This document shows, piece after piece, positions 38,930 to 50,505 of a DNA stretch of 64,000 nucleotides. The stretch covers positions 9,922,001 to 9,986,000 of the forward strand of contig NW_024704743.1 in assembly GCF_018977255.1 (NCBI RefSeq), in the 5' to 3' direction. Below the pieces are notes generated by a model. It had not been told where the DNA came from. It saw only the letters and a program-made list of their open reading frames with translations, and did not search any database. Each line of letters starts with the position of its first letter. Position 1 is the stretch's first letter. Position numbers and translations under genes: made by a program. Source of the stretch: Callorhinchus milii. Its lineage: Eukaryota.

Positions 38930-40507
38930 ATGAGTCTTCTCACCTGCCTGCTGTCTAAGGTCCTTGAGAGAGCCGTCACCTCCCAGCTTCGCTCTTTCCT
39001 CTTCACCCACTCCCTCCATGAGCCCCTCCAAACGTGTTTCTATGCTGCCCACAGCACGGAAACTGCTCTGGTCAAGGTCACAAATGACATCCTGACCATG
39101 TGTGACCAGGGCTCCCTCTGCCTCCTCGTCCTCCTCGACCTCTCCACCGCCTTTGACACCGTGGACCACTCAATCCTCCTCCACCGCCTCTCCTCCCACC
39201 TCAACCTTCAAGGTTCTGTCCTTGACTGGTTCATGTCCTACCTCTCACACCGCCTCCACTTTGTCTCTGCAAACACCTTCTCCTCCAGGCCCCGCACCGT
39301 CTCGTGCGGCGTTCCTCAGGGCTCTGGCCTCGGTCCCCTCTTCACCCTCTACATGCTCCGCCTTGGTGACGTCATCCGCAGACATGGGCTAAATTTCCAT
39401 ATGTACGTGGATGACACCCAACTCTATCTCTCTGCCTCCACCCTCAACTCCAGGACTACTGACGTCCTGACCGACTGCCTGTCCGACATCAAGTCCTGGA
39501 CAAGGGACAACTTTCTCCAACTCAACGTCAGCAAGACCGAGGCCCTCCTGGTTGGCTCCCGCCAGTGCCTCCGCATCTCGGGCACTGGCAGCATCAGCCT
39601 CCGTGGCTGCTCACTCAACCTCACTAAGCCAATCAGGAACCTGTGTGTCTTGTTTGTCCCTGCACTGTCCTTTCTCCCCCACATCCGCGCCATGACCAGC
39701 ACGGCTATATAAATCCAAGTTGCTGCTGTTGTTGTCGCGTACCACCACCTCCGCAATATTGTCAGACTCCGCTACTGCTTCACCCCTCAGGCTGCTGAAA
39801 CCCTCACCCACGCATTCGTCACATCAAGGCTCGATTACGGGAACTCCCTTCTCATCAGCCTTCCCAACTCTTCCCTTCACAAGCTGCAGATCATCCAAAA
39901 CTGCAGCTCCTGTACTCTCATCCACCAGGCTCCATGACCCCATCACCCCCACCTTTGCCTGACTCTACTGGCTTCCCATCCCTTGGAAGATCGAATTCAA
40001 GATCCTCATCCTCACTTTCAAGGCCATCCATGGCCTTCCCCCCTCCTACCTCTCTGACTTGCTAACTCCCTACCAACCTGCCCGCTCCCTCCGTTCAACG
40101 GGCTCCAGCCTGGATCCATGTCTCCCACCCGACCCGCACTACTATTGGTGGCTGGGCTTTCAGACTCTCTGTCCCCACACTCTGTAACACAGTCCCTTTG
40201 CATTGTTTTCTCCTTTGCCTCCTTCAAGGCCAGTCTCAAGACCCTCCTCTTCGATTGTGCCTTCAGTCGCCCTCCTACCTCTCTGCCTTCCCTCAACAAC
40301 AACAAGGTTCCATTTATAGACCGCCTTTCACGTCAGGAGGACGTCCCAAGGCGCTGGACAGTTGGGTCAGGACCCGAGCAGGGGGGAAATCCCTCACCAC
40401 TACCCCACCCCTCCTCCATGCTCAGGTCCTGACCCCTGACTGTCCAGCGGCTTGGGACGTCCTCCCGACATGAAAGGCGCTCTATAAATGTAATTTTGTT
40501 GTTGTTG
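38930..40507 (+). mobile_element. L2-clade LINE, 5'-truncated and degenerate (RT domain to 3' tail)
   Basis: HSTETALVKVTNDIL, LLDLSTAFDTVDH, GVPQGSGLGP, HMYVDDTQLY; then SRLDYGNSLL in another frame. Ends in a stem-loop tail plus (TTG)n. Confidence 0.92.
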
Positions 40508-43500
40508 CAGAAAGTTTCTCCAGTTCCTCATTGACAATCACCCCATTCAAATAAACCTTTTCTTCAACATTCTTTTTAAGCATTGGTTCACGACTGGTAA
40601 AAATGTCAGGAATAACACTAAGCAATCTATTGGCAACGTTCTGCCCAGTTTTATCCATGATTGCATTTTCCATAATAATAGTTGACAGAGGAATTTTAGC
40701 CCCAATGTACCCTACATTTGGGAATTGTAAAGGTAAAGTTCTATCTCTGTCTCAGCTCAATTTCTATTAAGTTCCCCTAATAAGTAATTTCACGATAAGT
40801 TTGTTGGAGTTTGCTAGACAATGCAAGGACAGATCTGTTTTGAAGTGTACGAGAATCTATACTCTGTTCTTATGTGCAGCAGGAGATTCATTTCAAGACA
40901 TTTTTCTAATTATAGCCATGAAAAGCTTACAGGACACGGAACCCTAAATTTAGAAAGTACTGACATCAGCCTAACAGCCCTCATCTTAAAGGTCAAGTGA
41001 GAAGGTTTTCCACTTACTTTCTTGCGAGTGTCAGTTCTTTCTGCTGCAACAAACTTGTCTTGACTATGACTGCCAGTTCAGAGGCAAATGGGATACCGAG
41101 AATACCGAATATTAATAATCATCTTTACATTTCATACAGTGTCTTTCACATTTAGGAGGATGTCTCAAAGTACTTCACAGAATTTACTGTAAAGTGCAAT
41201 AATTGTATTTTCTAGGTGAATGCAGCACTACTGTGCAGCTCTGTATAAATACAAGTTGTTGTTATTACTGCCCACAGCAATATCCCACAAACAGCCATGA
41301 AGAGAATGACCAGTTTTATCTGGGGGATTGTTGGCCAGGACCCCGGAAGAAACTCCCTTCTCTTTTCGAAAAGTACCTTTGGATCTTTACTGGTTTAGCA
41401 TCTTGTCTGAAGAACGGCATCTCTGACAATTACAGCACAACCCTAGCATTGCATTGGATTGTCATCTTGGACTGTGAACTCAAAGTCTCGATGCAGGGCT
41501 TGAGCCCACAGACTTCTGGCTCAGAAGCAAGAGTGCTACCAACTAAGTCTCGCCAACACAAAAAATAACTTGTTTGATTTTTTTTTACTGAAAATATCTA
41601 TAGGAAGAATAGATTCTGTTGTTAAACACTAACAAGATTCCTGTTGCAGGACTGCAACTCTGGGTTTTCTCAAAATTCTTGTTTTGCCAGGAGGCAAAAT
41701 ATTGTTATAGCCATTCAATAGTTATGACCTGTTCTGGGATTGGCATTAGGCCAGAATGGTAAGCAGCACTTAAAGTCAAAATATTCCACTTATTTTCTCC
41801 TTGAGCACATATAAACCTGCCCTGAACACTGCATGCTTGATTCTTGAACCTGTGACTGGTGGCTTTCTTGCTTCCACTGCAAGCCTAAACAATGAATGAC
41901 TGTATGAATTACAGTGACAATACCTAACGTACACATGTTATAATCATCAGTCATCTTATTCATTTATGCCAAACAATCTCGTCGTCGCAATGAAATGCAC
42001 ATTGCTCCGTTCTCATTTTAATAATAATCTTTGCATCCTTGCACTTGATATGGCACCTTACCACGTCATTGAAGCATCTCAAAGCGCTTCACAGAATATA
42101 TTGTAAAGTGAATTGACTGTATATTTTGTGGCCGAAATGTGGAGCCAATTGCACACAGCAGTGTTCCACAAACAATTGTGGACGTATTTTGGACGTATCA
42201 CGCAGGAATAACTTGCTGCACGGAAACACAATATTCAATAATAATAATAATCCTTGCATTTGATATAGCATCTTATCATGTCTTCAAGACGTCTCAAAAC
42301 GCTTCACAGAAAATAGTGTAAAATGAATGGACTATATTTTGTGGGCAAAATACATGGATACGCTAACACCAGGGGATAGTGTTACCCTTTGGTCTTGCAA
42401 TGTCAGTGCTACTGCAAGTCACTATAATTACCCCCCTGTTGCTCTAGACATCTTCCAAAATGAATGTTTCCAAAGACATTCATGTGCTACATGAAAATAA
42501 TTGCATCATTGTTGAATGATAAGTTCGACCAGAGTATGTTTACAGCGGGTATATTTTTCACATGATAAAATTCTGACGGTAGCTGTAACTTGTTTAAACA
42601 GAATTAATTGCAATTTTCTTGTGCCAAAAAAAATCCCTTGCCCTGCCTTTGCTATCTGTACAACAATACACTTGATTTTAAAAACTTTTATTGATAAAAG
42701 GCATTCAAAAGGGGGTTGCATAACAGAGATAATAAAGTTATAGGGCAGAAAGACTACATTAAAAAAAAGTGATTTCTCACAAAGAAATCAAAAGGAAAAT
42801 ACTTTAACTCTAAACTTCTTTTATACCTATCTCAGTTGGTAGCACTCTGGCCTTTGAATCATAGGCTCAAGGGCTCAATTCCTACTTCTGGACTTTGAAT
42901 TTGTAGTCTAAAGTGACACTCCAGTGCAATGTTGGCGTAGCGTTGCATCTTTAGAGAGCCGTCCTTCAGATGAGACCAAGGTTCTGCTCATCTGTTCAGG
43001 TGTACTTTGAAGATCCCATGACAATCTTTGAAAAGATTACCGTTTCTCCTGATGTCCTGGCCAACAATCTCCCAAAGAGAAAAACATAGCTATTCACTTG
43101 TCTGTGCGCAAATTTGCATTTGCCCATAAATACACAAAGTCACTACACTTCACAGAAAAATCTGTAAAATCCTTCATGGCATTTCAACGCGATAGGACAC
43201 TGACTCAAATGCAAGGAGTATTTATTTACTGAAGTATCATAAATTATTTATTCAATATATTGAACTCTGAGTGACATGAAATGGAATGTGTATGAATTCT
43301 GTGAACCATCAAATTACATCATGTGCTGTAATTTACCAATTGACACAGCCTAAACTCTTTCATTAAGCAGAGAGATAGTCCTTTTAGTCAGCTGCATCTA
43401 CTGTACAGCTTCAAAACAAACTATGTTTGAGATATATTCACTCAAAGTGGCCTGCATGCCATATAAACATCCTTTTAATGAGTGTACTGCATAGATGATA

Positions 43501-45588
43501 AATGGATCTAAACATAATGCAGTATTTGGCTGCCACATTTTCCCATGTATCCTGAGAGATCTGTGCAAATAAACTGTCCCGCTGAAACAAGTACAGAGAA
43601 ATGCAGTGACAGATGGAAAAATCATAGAGAGAGGGTGGGAGGAGACGGAGGACTGATTCTGTTTTGCAGTTGATTTCTGATTATGGAATGGAATGAGGAT
43701 AAATTCTTCAGTCTGAACACAGCAGTGTCATGGTGGCACAACTCCATCTGATGGTTTTGTCACTTCCCCTTTCCTCCTCCCTCCGCCCTCCATTTGACAG
43801 CCATGTGAGGTTTTTGTCTGATATAAGTCTTATATTAACCCTTTGTTTCCCATGACAGTCTGACCTCTTGCTGTGCTGCTGCATTGCTGCAATGTCATGT
43901 TTCAACTAAAAAAAGCCACTGCTGACAATATTAGGAAATTAGGAACAGGAGTTGGCCATTCAACCATTCAAACCTATTTCAACATTCTGTTCATTTTCTT
44001 GATACAGTACATGTGATCAAAAATAAACACCGGCCCAGGTCTGCTGTACAACTGTTTGACTAAAACGTATTGTCTTTTAGTACTGTATATAACAGCTAAG
44101 ATTTAAAATTAAAACATAGATTTTTTTTGACTCATCATTGTACCCTATTACACATTGCCCGACCTATCTTTTTTTAAAAAGCATTAAGTTAAAGCTGTTT
44201 ACATGTCATGATATTGATATAAACCAGAACATGGGGAGTCAGAGAACGAGAAAGACACCACCATTTTGGTACATTCTGAGTGTTGAAATTCTATTTATTT
44301 GTGTGCAAGTCTGAGGGGTGAAGCTTGGTGCCAATATTTTGATGGCTGTTTGGTTGCAAATTGCTTACCTTTCTCACCTCTTCAAAAATGTCATGCATTG
44401 AACGTTTACCTCAGGTGACTTGGAATTATTTAGCTTGTCATTTCACCCTGTCTCACCCTCACTATTCCTACCCCCTCCAGAAATGACAAGATTATTTTAG
44501 GAATGCAGCTGCCTGGGTCAAGATTTTGTGCAAGTTCATTCCCAGGATTCCCTACATTGCATCAACTCACACTGTCAAGTCAATGAGCAGTAAGGAATGT
44601 AACTATTCGGCCCCATCTCCATTAGGGGCAATGCAAAGTGTAGCATTCTTTCACAAGCAATTGCAAATGGTTTCTCCCATCTCCTCCTGCTTAATAGTAG
44701 CTAATGAAAACAAGATTATTCTGATTTAGTTAACAGAAGAAAAAAAACACTCTTACAACAACAACAAGGACAACGACTTACCCGCCCTTCCTCAGCTCAA
44801 CAATGAAAATGCAACATTCATGAAATGGAAAACTGTAGGAAATTGACTAGCCCCCAAAAAGCTGGATGGAGGATATATGTTTTATTTTTGTTTTTGCTCA
44901 ATTTAATATATATATATTTATATATAGTTTTGCCCACAAAATATACAGTCAACTCACTTTACAGTATATTTCATGAAGCGCTTTGAGAGGTCTCGAAGAC
45001 GCGATAAGGCGCTTTATCAAATGCAAGGATTATTATATACCTCCTGGGATCGTGTGCTTTAACTGCAGGATTAATAATTAAGGATTTGCATCCAACTAAC
45101 TTGTGAATTTAACTGTGCAATGAGCATGTGCATAAACACGTGGAAACTCGTGGAAAAATACACATTTATATTCAGATTCACGACAGCAAAATGACACATC
45201 TGGCCACCTCGTGAAAGCACCATCTCTGTCCACTTACCGAGTGAGTGAGCCTCTGCCTCCCTTTCAAGCAAATGCAGACAAAACCACCGCAGGTTTTGTC
45301 CCACAAAATACAATACAACACAACACCTCAAACCAGGGATGGACAATATTCGCTTTGCAGAAATTATCGCCGATTAATAATTAGAGAATCCTTTCGGGTG
45401 TTTTTTTTAAAAAAAAATCATGTCCCTTGAGTCCAGGAGTTTTGTTAAACAGGGGCTCATCTCCTGTACTTACTTTGCTGATAATATATACAGATTGACA
45501 CAACCTGATAATATGCACAAGCGCCACCCACAGAGTGGAGCTGTGGCAACGCTGCACAAGTTAGAGTTTGGTGCAGGAGAACATTTTA

Positions 45589-45674
45589 AGTGAAATCGGC
45601 TTCATAAATGTAGACTTTCCCACGTAGGAAAGCTCCCACGTAGTAAAGTCTACCTCTGTGGAGCTGATTTCACT
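45589..45674. repeat. 86-bp imperfect palindrome
   Basis: Outer 30-nt arms pair Watson-Crick at 25 of 30 positions, and pairing continues almost to the centre. Confidence 0.9.
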
Positions 45675-47141
45675 CATTAACACCGTCAGCAGCATTTTCT
45701 ACAAATATTTTATTTTTGAATTCATTTCCCCCCCATTTTAAGATTTATTTAAAAAAAGGTTAAAAAAGCAAATTTGACGTCTCCCCTCCGCCCACTACCC
45801 CCCAAAATAAGGCTTAGCCCACTGAGCAAAACTCTTACATTGCTTAATTGGAAACTTGTTTACAAAGCGTGTTGACAATGCAGGTTATAGCCTGGAGAAA
45901 GGTACACACTGCAGTGCAGCATTTCTGGATAGCGCCCCTCAGCGTCACAGTGAAGTGAGTGACTGTGGATTTGTATGGACCCACAAACAACCATTGTAAA
46001 CACACTCAGCACAAGGTTAACATTGGCCTTGTTAAACCTGGTGAACTTGAGAAGTCTATAAACACGCGGGACTGTTACACCAGGGGATGGACCAGTGTCT
46101 CTGTCTTCTCTTGATCGGTTGGGTCACAGTGGACCCGGGGCCATCCTTTCAATCCTAATGTGCAAACTTCCCAATTCCTTTTAAATTATCGCTAATCTGC
46201 CATAAAATTAACGTGTGTATCGGGCAGAGTTTATTTTTATGTCAGCCAAACCTCCTGAAAATAATGAAATGCTCCTTTTATACGAGGAGCCGTACACTCG
46301 CCTGAACAGGGCTGCCCATTCCGTTGATCCTGGCTGTTGCTATAGTCCAGCTATAGGCATCTGCCATGGAGTGCTTTTTTTTAAAAAAATATAAAAAACA
46401 CAACTTGTGGTCCATAATGCTTGTCCACCGCTTCAATTAGGACCAAAAAAGTGAGTGCTTTGTAATGCAATTGTCTTGCAAAGGAGAGCGCCTTAAATTG
46501 GGGGATTATGCGAGTGGACCACCTGTAGGGCATTCATGAGCATTTTGTCTCTGCCGAAGACCAAGGTTTTCTGCCTGCAGTCTGGCCAACAATACAGAAA
46601 AAGCCGTTTAAAAAGACTGTTCTGCCTTTCCCTTCATCCTCACCAACTGTAACAAGTCGTTCCGTTCCAACCCCATCCCTCCCCCACTTCTTCCTCCCCG
46701 TTTAAACGAGTTTAAGTCTCCTTTAATTCAGTTCTTTTTTAAAAAAAAAGCACCATGGTGGTCGATTGGGCTGAACTGAAACAAGAAAGACTTGAGGGCT
46801 GGAGAGAGGGAGGAGAAAGAGAGGGGGGGAAGAGAGAGAGAGATGGGTGGGTGGGGGGAAGAAAAAGTAGCTCATGCTTGAAATCGAGAGATCAAAGATA
46901 TTCGTCTCAAAAGACTCACTCCTTACAGATTAACCCTATTCAACTCGAGCGAGCTCGGTTAAGAAATTAAGTACTCATCTACTGGGCTGCAGGTAAAAAA
47001 AAGTTCAAATAGCGAAACAGTCTCTCTCCTAAATTAACATCCCTCTCTCTCTGCAGATTGTACACAGATAAGCTCAATTCAACCCCACCCCAGAAATAAA
47101 AATCCAAAAATGTACTCCAAACAGTAATTAATCAAAGTCGT

Positions 47142-47147
47142 TTTATT
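47142..47147 (-). terminator. FZD8 polyadenylation signal (AATAAA on minus strand)
   Basis: TTTATT on the plus strand about 625 nt past the stop, at the end of an AU-rich UTR-like tract. Confidence 0.65.
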
Positions 47148-47339
47148 GTCAAAATAAAATAATTGCTTCAATTTTTTTTGCTTTGGCCGAAGTTTTGCCG
47201 CTAAACTTTTTTTTATACAAAAAAATTTACATACTCTGTATATACTTCCAAAAAAAAAACTTTTTTTTTGTTATGTACACAATTTACAGATTTTGTGTTC
47301 ATGGTACAAATAATTATATAAATACAACTTTTGCAAGAA

Positions 47340-47346
47340 ACCCGTA
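47340..47346 (-). promoter_or_regulatory. miR-99/100 seed match in FZD8 3'UTR
   Basis: Plus-strand ACCCGTA gives mRNA UACGGGU, complementary to miR-99/100 nt 2-8. Confidence 0.65.
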
Positions 47347-47770
47347 TTACATGGGAATATTAAAACAGGATTTTAAGGCAGATTGAAGCACCCGGTCATG
47401 AACAACTATTATTAAGATTTCAATCGAATAGCTTGGACTGTACTTCTATTTAAGTCTGTTTCCTCCCCTCTTCTTTCGGTGGCAATTAAAAGCAACGTTT
47501 TTTTTATTCCTTGCATTAACAGCATTTAAGTCAGGATTTGAAACCATTCCTTTCCTCCCACATTAACATCTACTGGATGTCCTTGTGCATATAAATGGTT
47601 AAAATTGTAAGTATTAAAAAGGCCAGGCATATGGTTTCTGGCTAAGTTCTTCGCTTTTTTGGCCAATGGATACCATTAGAAGGTCATTAACAGGTTAATA
47701 AGATGCTTGGGTGAGAATCTTCAGGGCAAATTTTTTTTCGCCTCAAAAAAAATCAAGTCCACAGTAAATC

Positions 47771-49534
47771 TCAGACTTGGGATAACGGCACTTGTTTGGG
47801 GTAAGACACGGAGCTCGCGGTGCCTGACCTCCAGGTCAGGCCGGTACTGGCATCACTGTACATAGAGCCACTCGTCCCTTTACTGTTCCAACAGCAGCGC
47901 GTACAAAAAGCTCTCCACGACTCCAGGGTCTTTCCAGACCAGATCCACACTCCGGATGTAATCCCGACCAGCAAGCACATGAAATACTTCAGCATGAACA
48001 CCGCATAGTCCGGCCTTCTGGCCTCTTGCTCTGTCAGACAGGAGCAGTTGTGAGTCATTTCCCAGCTCTGCCTGTTGTGCTGCTCGTAAAAATAACAGGC
48101 CACCACTATGGTGGCGGGCACCGTGTAGAGAACCGTAAATATCCCAATCCTGATCATCAGCTTCTCCAGTTTATCCGTCTTGGTGCCTCCCTGTTTGATC
48201 ACATTCCTGATCCTGAACAGAGACACGAAGCCTGCTAACAGGAACATGGTCCCTATGAACAAATAGATCACCAAAGGCGCCAACACAAAACCCCGCAGGT
48301 TGTCCAAGTTCTGGTTGCCCACGTAGCAGATCCCAGCCACAGGATCTCCATCCACCGAGCTGAGGGCCAGCACGGCGATAGACTTGATGCTCGGCACCAG
48401 CCAGGCTGCCAGGTGGAAATACTGGGAGTAGTTGGCGATGGCCTCGTTGCCCCACTTCATGCCTGCGGCCAGGAACCAGGTGAGCGACAGGATGACCCAC
48501 CAGATGGAGCTGGCCATGCCGAAGAAGTAGATGAGCAAGAAAACCACTGTACAGAGAGCGGGACCCGTGGTCTCGTAGTAGATGTGCCCAGACTCCCGCT
48601 GCTGACTGCAGGCCACACTCTCGTGTCCCGCCACCAGCCTGACGATGTAGCCGGTGGAGACGAACAGGTAACAGGCGGACAGGAAGATGATGGGTCTCTC
48701 GGGGTACTTGAACCTCTCCATGTCGATGAGGAAGGTGGCCACGGTGGTGAAGGTGGACACGAAGCACAGCACCGACCACAGGCCGATCCAGAAGGCGGTG
48801 AAGCTCCTCTCGTCCTGGGAGAAGTAGGGGTTGTGACAGGGCAGCGCGCAGTTGGCCATTTGGCCCGTCTTGACCCTGTTGTAGAGCGGGTGCCGCTCGC
48901 TGCTCACCTGCACCATGGGTGCGCGGCACTGGCAGCCCCGCTCACACGCCCTGCCCTTGCCCGGGCGCGGCGGCAGTGCGGGCTGGAGAGGCTTCTTGTT
49001 GTTGGTGCCTTTATTGGCTTTGCCGGCGCCGCTGGGCGGCTTGTCACTGGGTCTGGCCCGGCCGGGGGCTGCCGTGCTCAGGTCAGTGCGGTTATAGTCC
49101 ATACACAGGGTCTCGGGGTTGCTCTGCTGGGGCAGGCGGTCGCACCTCATCCTGTCGGGCCAGGCAAAGCCGTACTGCCTCATGAGAGGGGCGCAGCCGG
49201 CTTTCGCCCGCTCACACACACTCCTGCAAGGCGGCAGCGGCTTCTTGTAATCCTCCAGGCAGATGGGGGTGTACATACTGCACAGGAAGAAGCGTAGGTC
49301 CGGGGAGCATTGGATCTCCACCAGCGGCCAGAACTGGTGCACCTCCAGGCCGGCCTCGTCTTGCGAGTCGTGGTTGAACTGGTTGGGCATCGAGGTGTAG
49401 TTGTAGCCGATGCCTTTGCACAGAGGGACGGTGATCAGATGGCAGGACAGGTCTTTAGCGGCGGCGGCGCCCGCTCTGTGCAGCCCAACCAGAGCTAAGA
49501 GCAGGTAAACCCCAACCAGGTAACAGCGCCCCAT
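47771..49534 (-). CDS. FZD8: Frizzled-8, intronless, 587 aa
   Basis: ATG at 49534 gives signal peptide MGRCYLVGVYLLLALVGL. Cysteine-rich domain (CKGIGYNYT..QFWPLVEIQCSPDL), seven TM segments, KTLESW (KTxxxW) motif and C-terminal PLSQV as in FZD8. Synteny with GJD4 and CCNY. Confidence 0.97.
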   Translation of the reverse strand: MGRCYLVGVYLLLALVGLHRAGAAAAKDLSCHLITVPLCKGIGYNYTSMPNQFNHDSQDEAGLEVHQFWPLVEIQCSPDLRFFLCSMYTPICLEDYKKPLPPCRSVCERAKAGCAPLMRQYGFAWPDRMRCDRLPQQSNPETLCMDYNRTDLSTAAPGRARPSDKPPSGAGKANKGTNNKKPLQPALPPRPGKGRACERGCQCRAPMVQVSSERHPLYNRVKTGQMANCALPCHNPYFSQDERSFTAFWIGLWSVLCFVSTFTTVATFLIDMERFKYPERPIIFLSACYLFVSTGYIVRLVAGHESVACSQQRESGHIYYETTGPALCTVVFLLIYFFGMASSIWWVILSLTWFLAAGMKWGNEAIANYSQYFHLAAWLVPSIKSIAVLALSSVDGDPVAGICYVGNQNLDNLRGFVLAPLVIYLFIGTMFLLAGFVSLFRIRNVIKQGGTKTDKLEKLMIRIGIFTVLYTVPATIVVACYFYEQHNRQSWEMTHNCSCLTEQEARRPDYAVFMLKYFMCLLVGITSGVWIWSGKTLESWRAFCTRCCWNSKGTSGSMYSDASTGLTWRSGTASSVSYPKQVPLSQV

Positions 49535-50390
49535 GTCTCCTCCTCCTCTCCTCCTCCTCTCCTCCCGCTGCGGCTTCTGTCTCTTTCTGTTTCTCTCACT
49601 CACTCTCAGCGACTCTCCCGATTCCGCTTAGTTTGGGAGGAGACGAGGAGAGAAAGGGGGGGGGGGGGTGGTGGTGGTGGGGGAGGGGGGGGGAGGAGAG
49701 AGTTTTTTTTAAACTCACATACAAATTTCTTGCTTAAAAATATATACACGTCTGTATTTTTTTCAAAAGAAAAGCCAAGCCTTAGAAATACAGTCCAACA
49801 GCCTCCCCGTCTCCCCCTCTCCCTCCCTCCCTCCCTCCCTCTCTGTCTCTCTCCCCCTCTCTCTGTGTCTCTATCTCTATCTCAAGGCGACATACGATTC
49901 AGATTTGCAAAACCAACATATTTTTTCTCTTCCCGGGTTTGGGCGCTTCAGGGAGTCAAAACAGGTCCGCTTCAATTAATTGTTTATTGCTCTCCTTTCC
50001 CTCCACAACACACACGCCAAAAAAGGGCAATAATAATAATAATAATAATAATAAAGGATAGCCCGCAAAGCGTGTGGCTGAGCGACACACAGGTCACCTT
50101 TTAGTGAGAGACAAAATCCTCGAAACAGTCCTTAATAACTTTGTGTGGCTTTCCCCCCTCACCAACACGCACACCACCCGCTTCTGCAGAGTCTCTGAAC
50201 TTTATTCCGTCTCGTCAACGAGAAAGCGACGTTGTTGGACGTTGATTCCTTCTTCTTTTGGAACCTCTTCCTCCCCTTTTCTTTTTCTCTCCTCTTCTTG
50301 TAGCAGCAGAAAGCTTAACACGAGCAAATTTCAGCGCTCACTCACTTCCTATTAATGATCACCGAAATGCTGAGAACCGATTTACTTGTG

Positions 50391-50457
50391 TATATTTATA
50401 ATGCGAGAGACTTGCAGATCCCACCTCCAGCTCCAGCTCCGCTCCAGCTCCCAATCA
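50391..50457 (-). promoter_or_regulatory. Putative FZD8 core promoter: TATA box and CCAAT box
   Basis: TATAAATATA on the minus strand at 50400-50391, with CCAATCA at 50451-50457 about 50 bp further upstream. CpG-retaining region. Implies a TSS near 50370. Confidence 0.55.
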
Positions 50458-50505
50458 CATTGCAACAGGGGGGGATTTCAGCTTCAGTCAATCAATTTCA
50501 GCAGC

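Noticed and set aside
38930..39712. 260-aa RT ORF as an active or domesticated gene
   Set aside because: 5'-truncated, lacks the endonuclease, has altered motifs and is interrupted downstream. Ordinary dead L2.
45931..45947. Weak CTCF-like motif (another at about 46516)
   Set aside because: Mismatches at core positions of the consensus.
48171..49297. 252-aa and 294-aa ORFs overlapping FZD8
   Set aside because: Alternative-frame and antisense shadows of a GC-rich CDS, with no recognisable domains.
49535..49603. 23-aa N-terminal extension of the FZD8 ORF in the ORF track
   Set aside because: Starts at GTG and is low-complexity. The signal peptide begins at the ATG at 49534.
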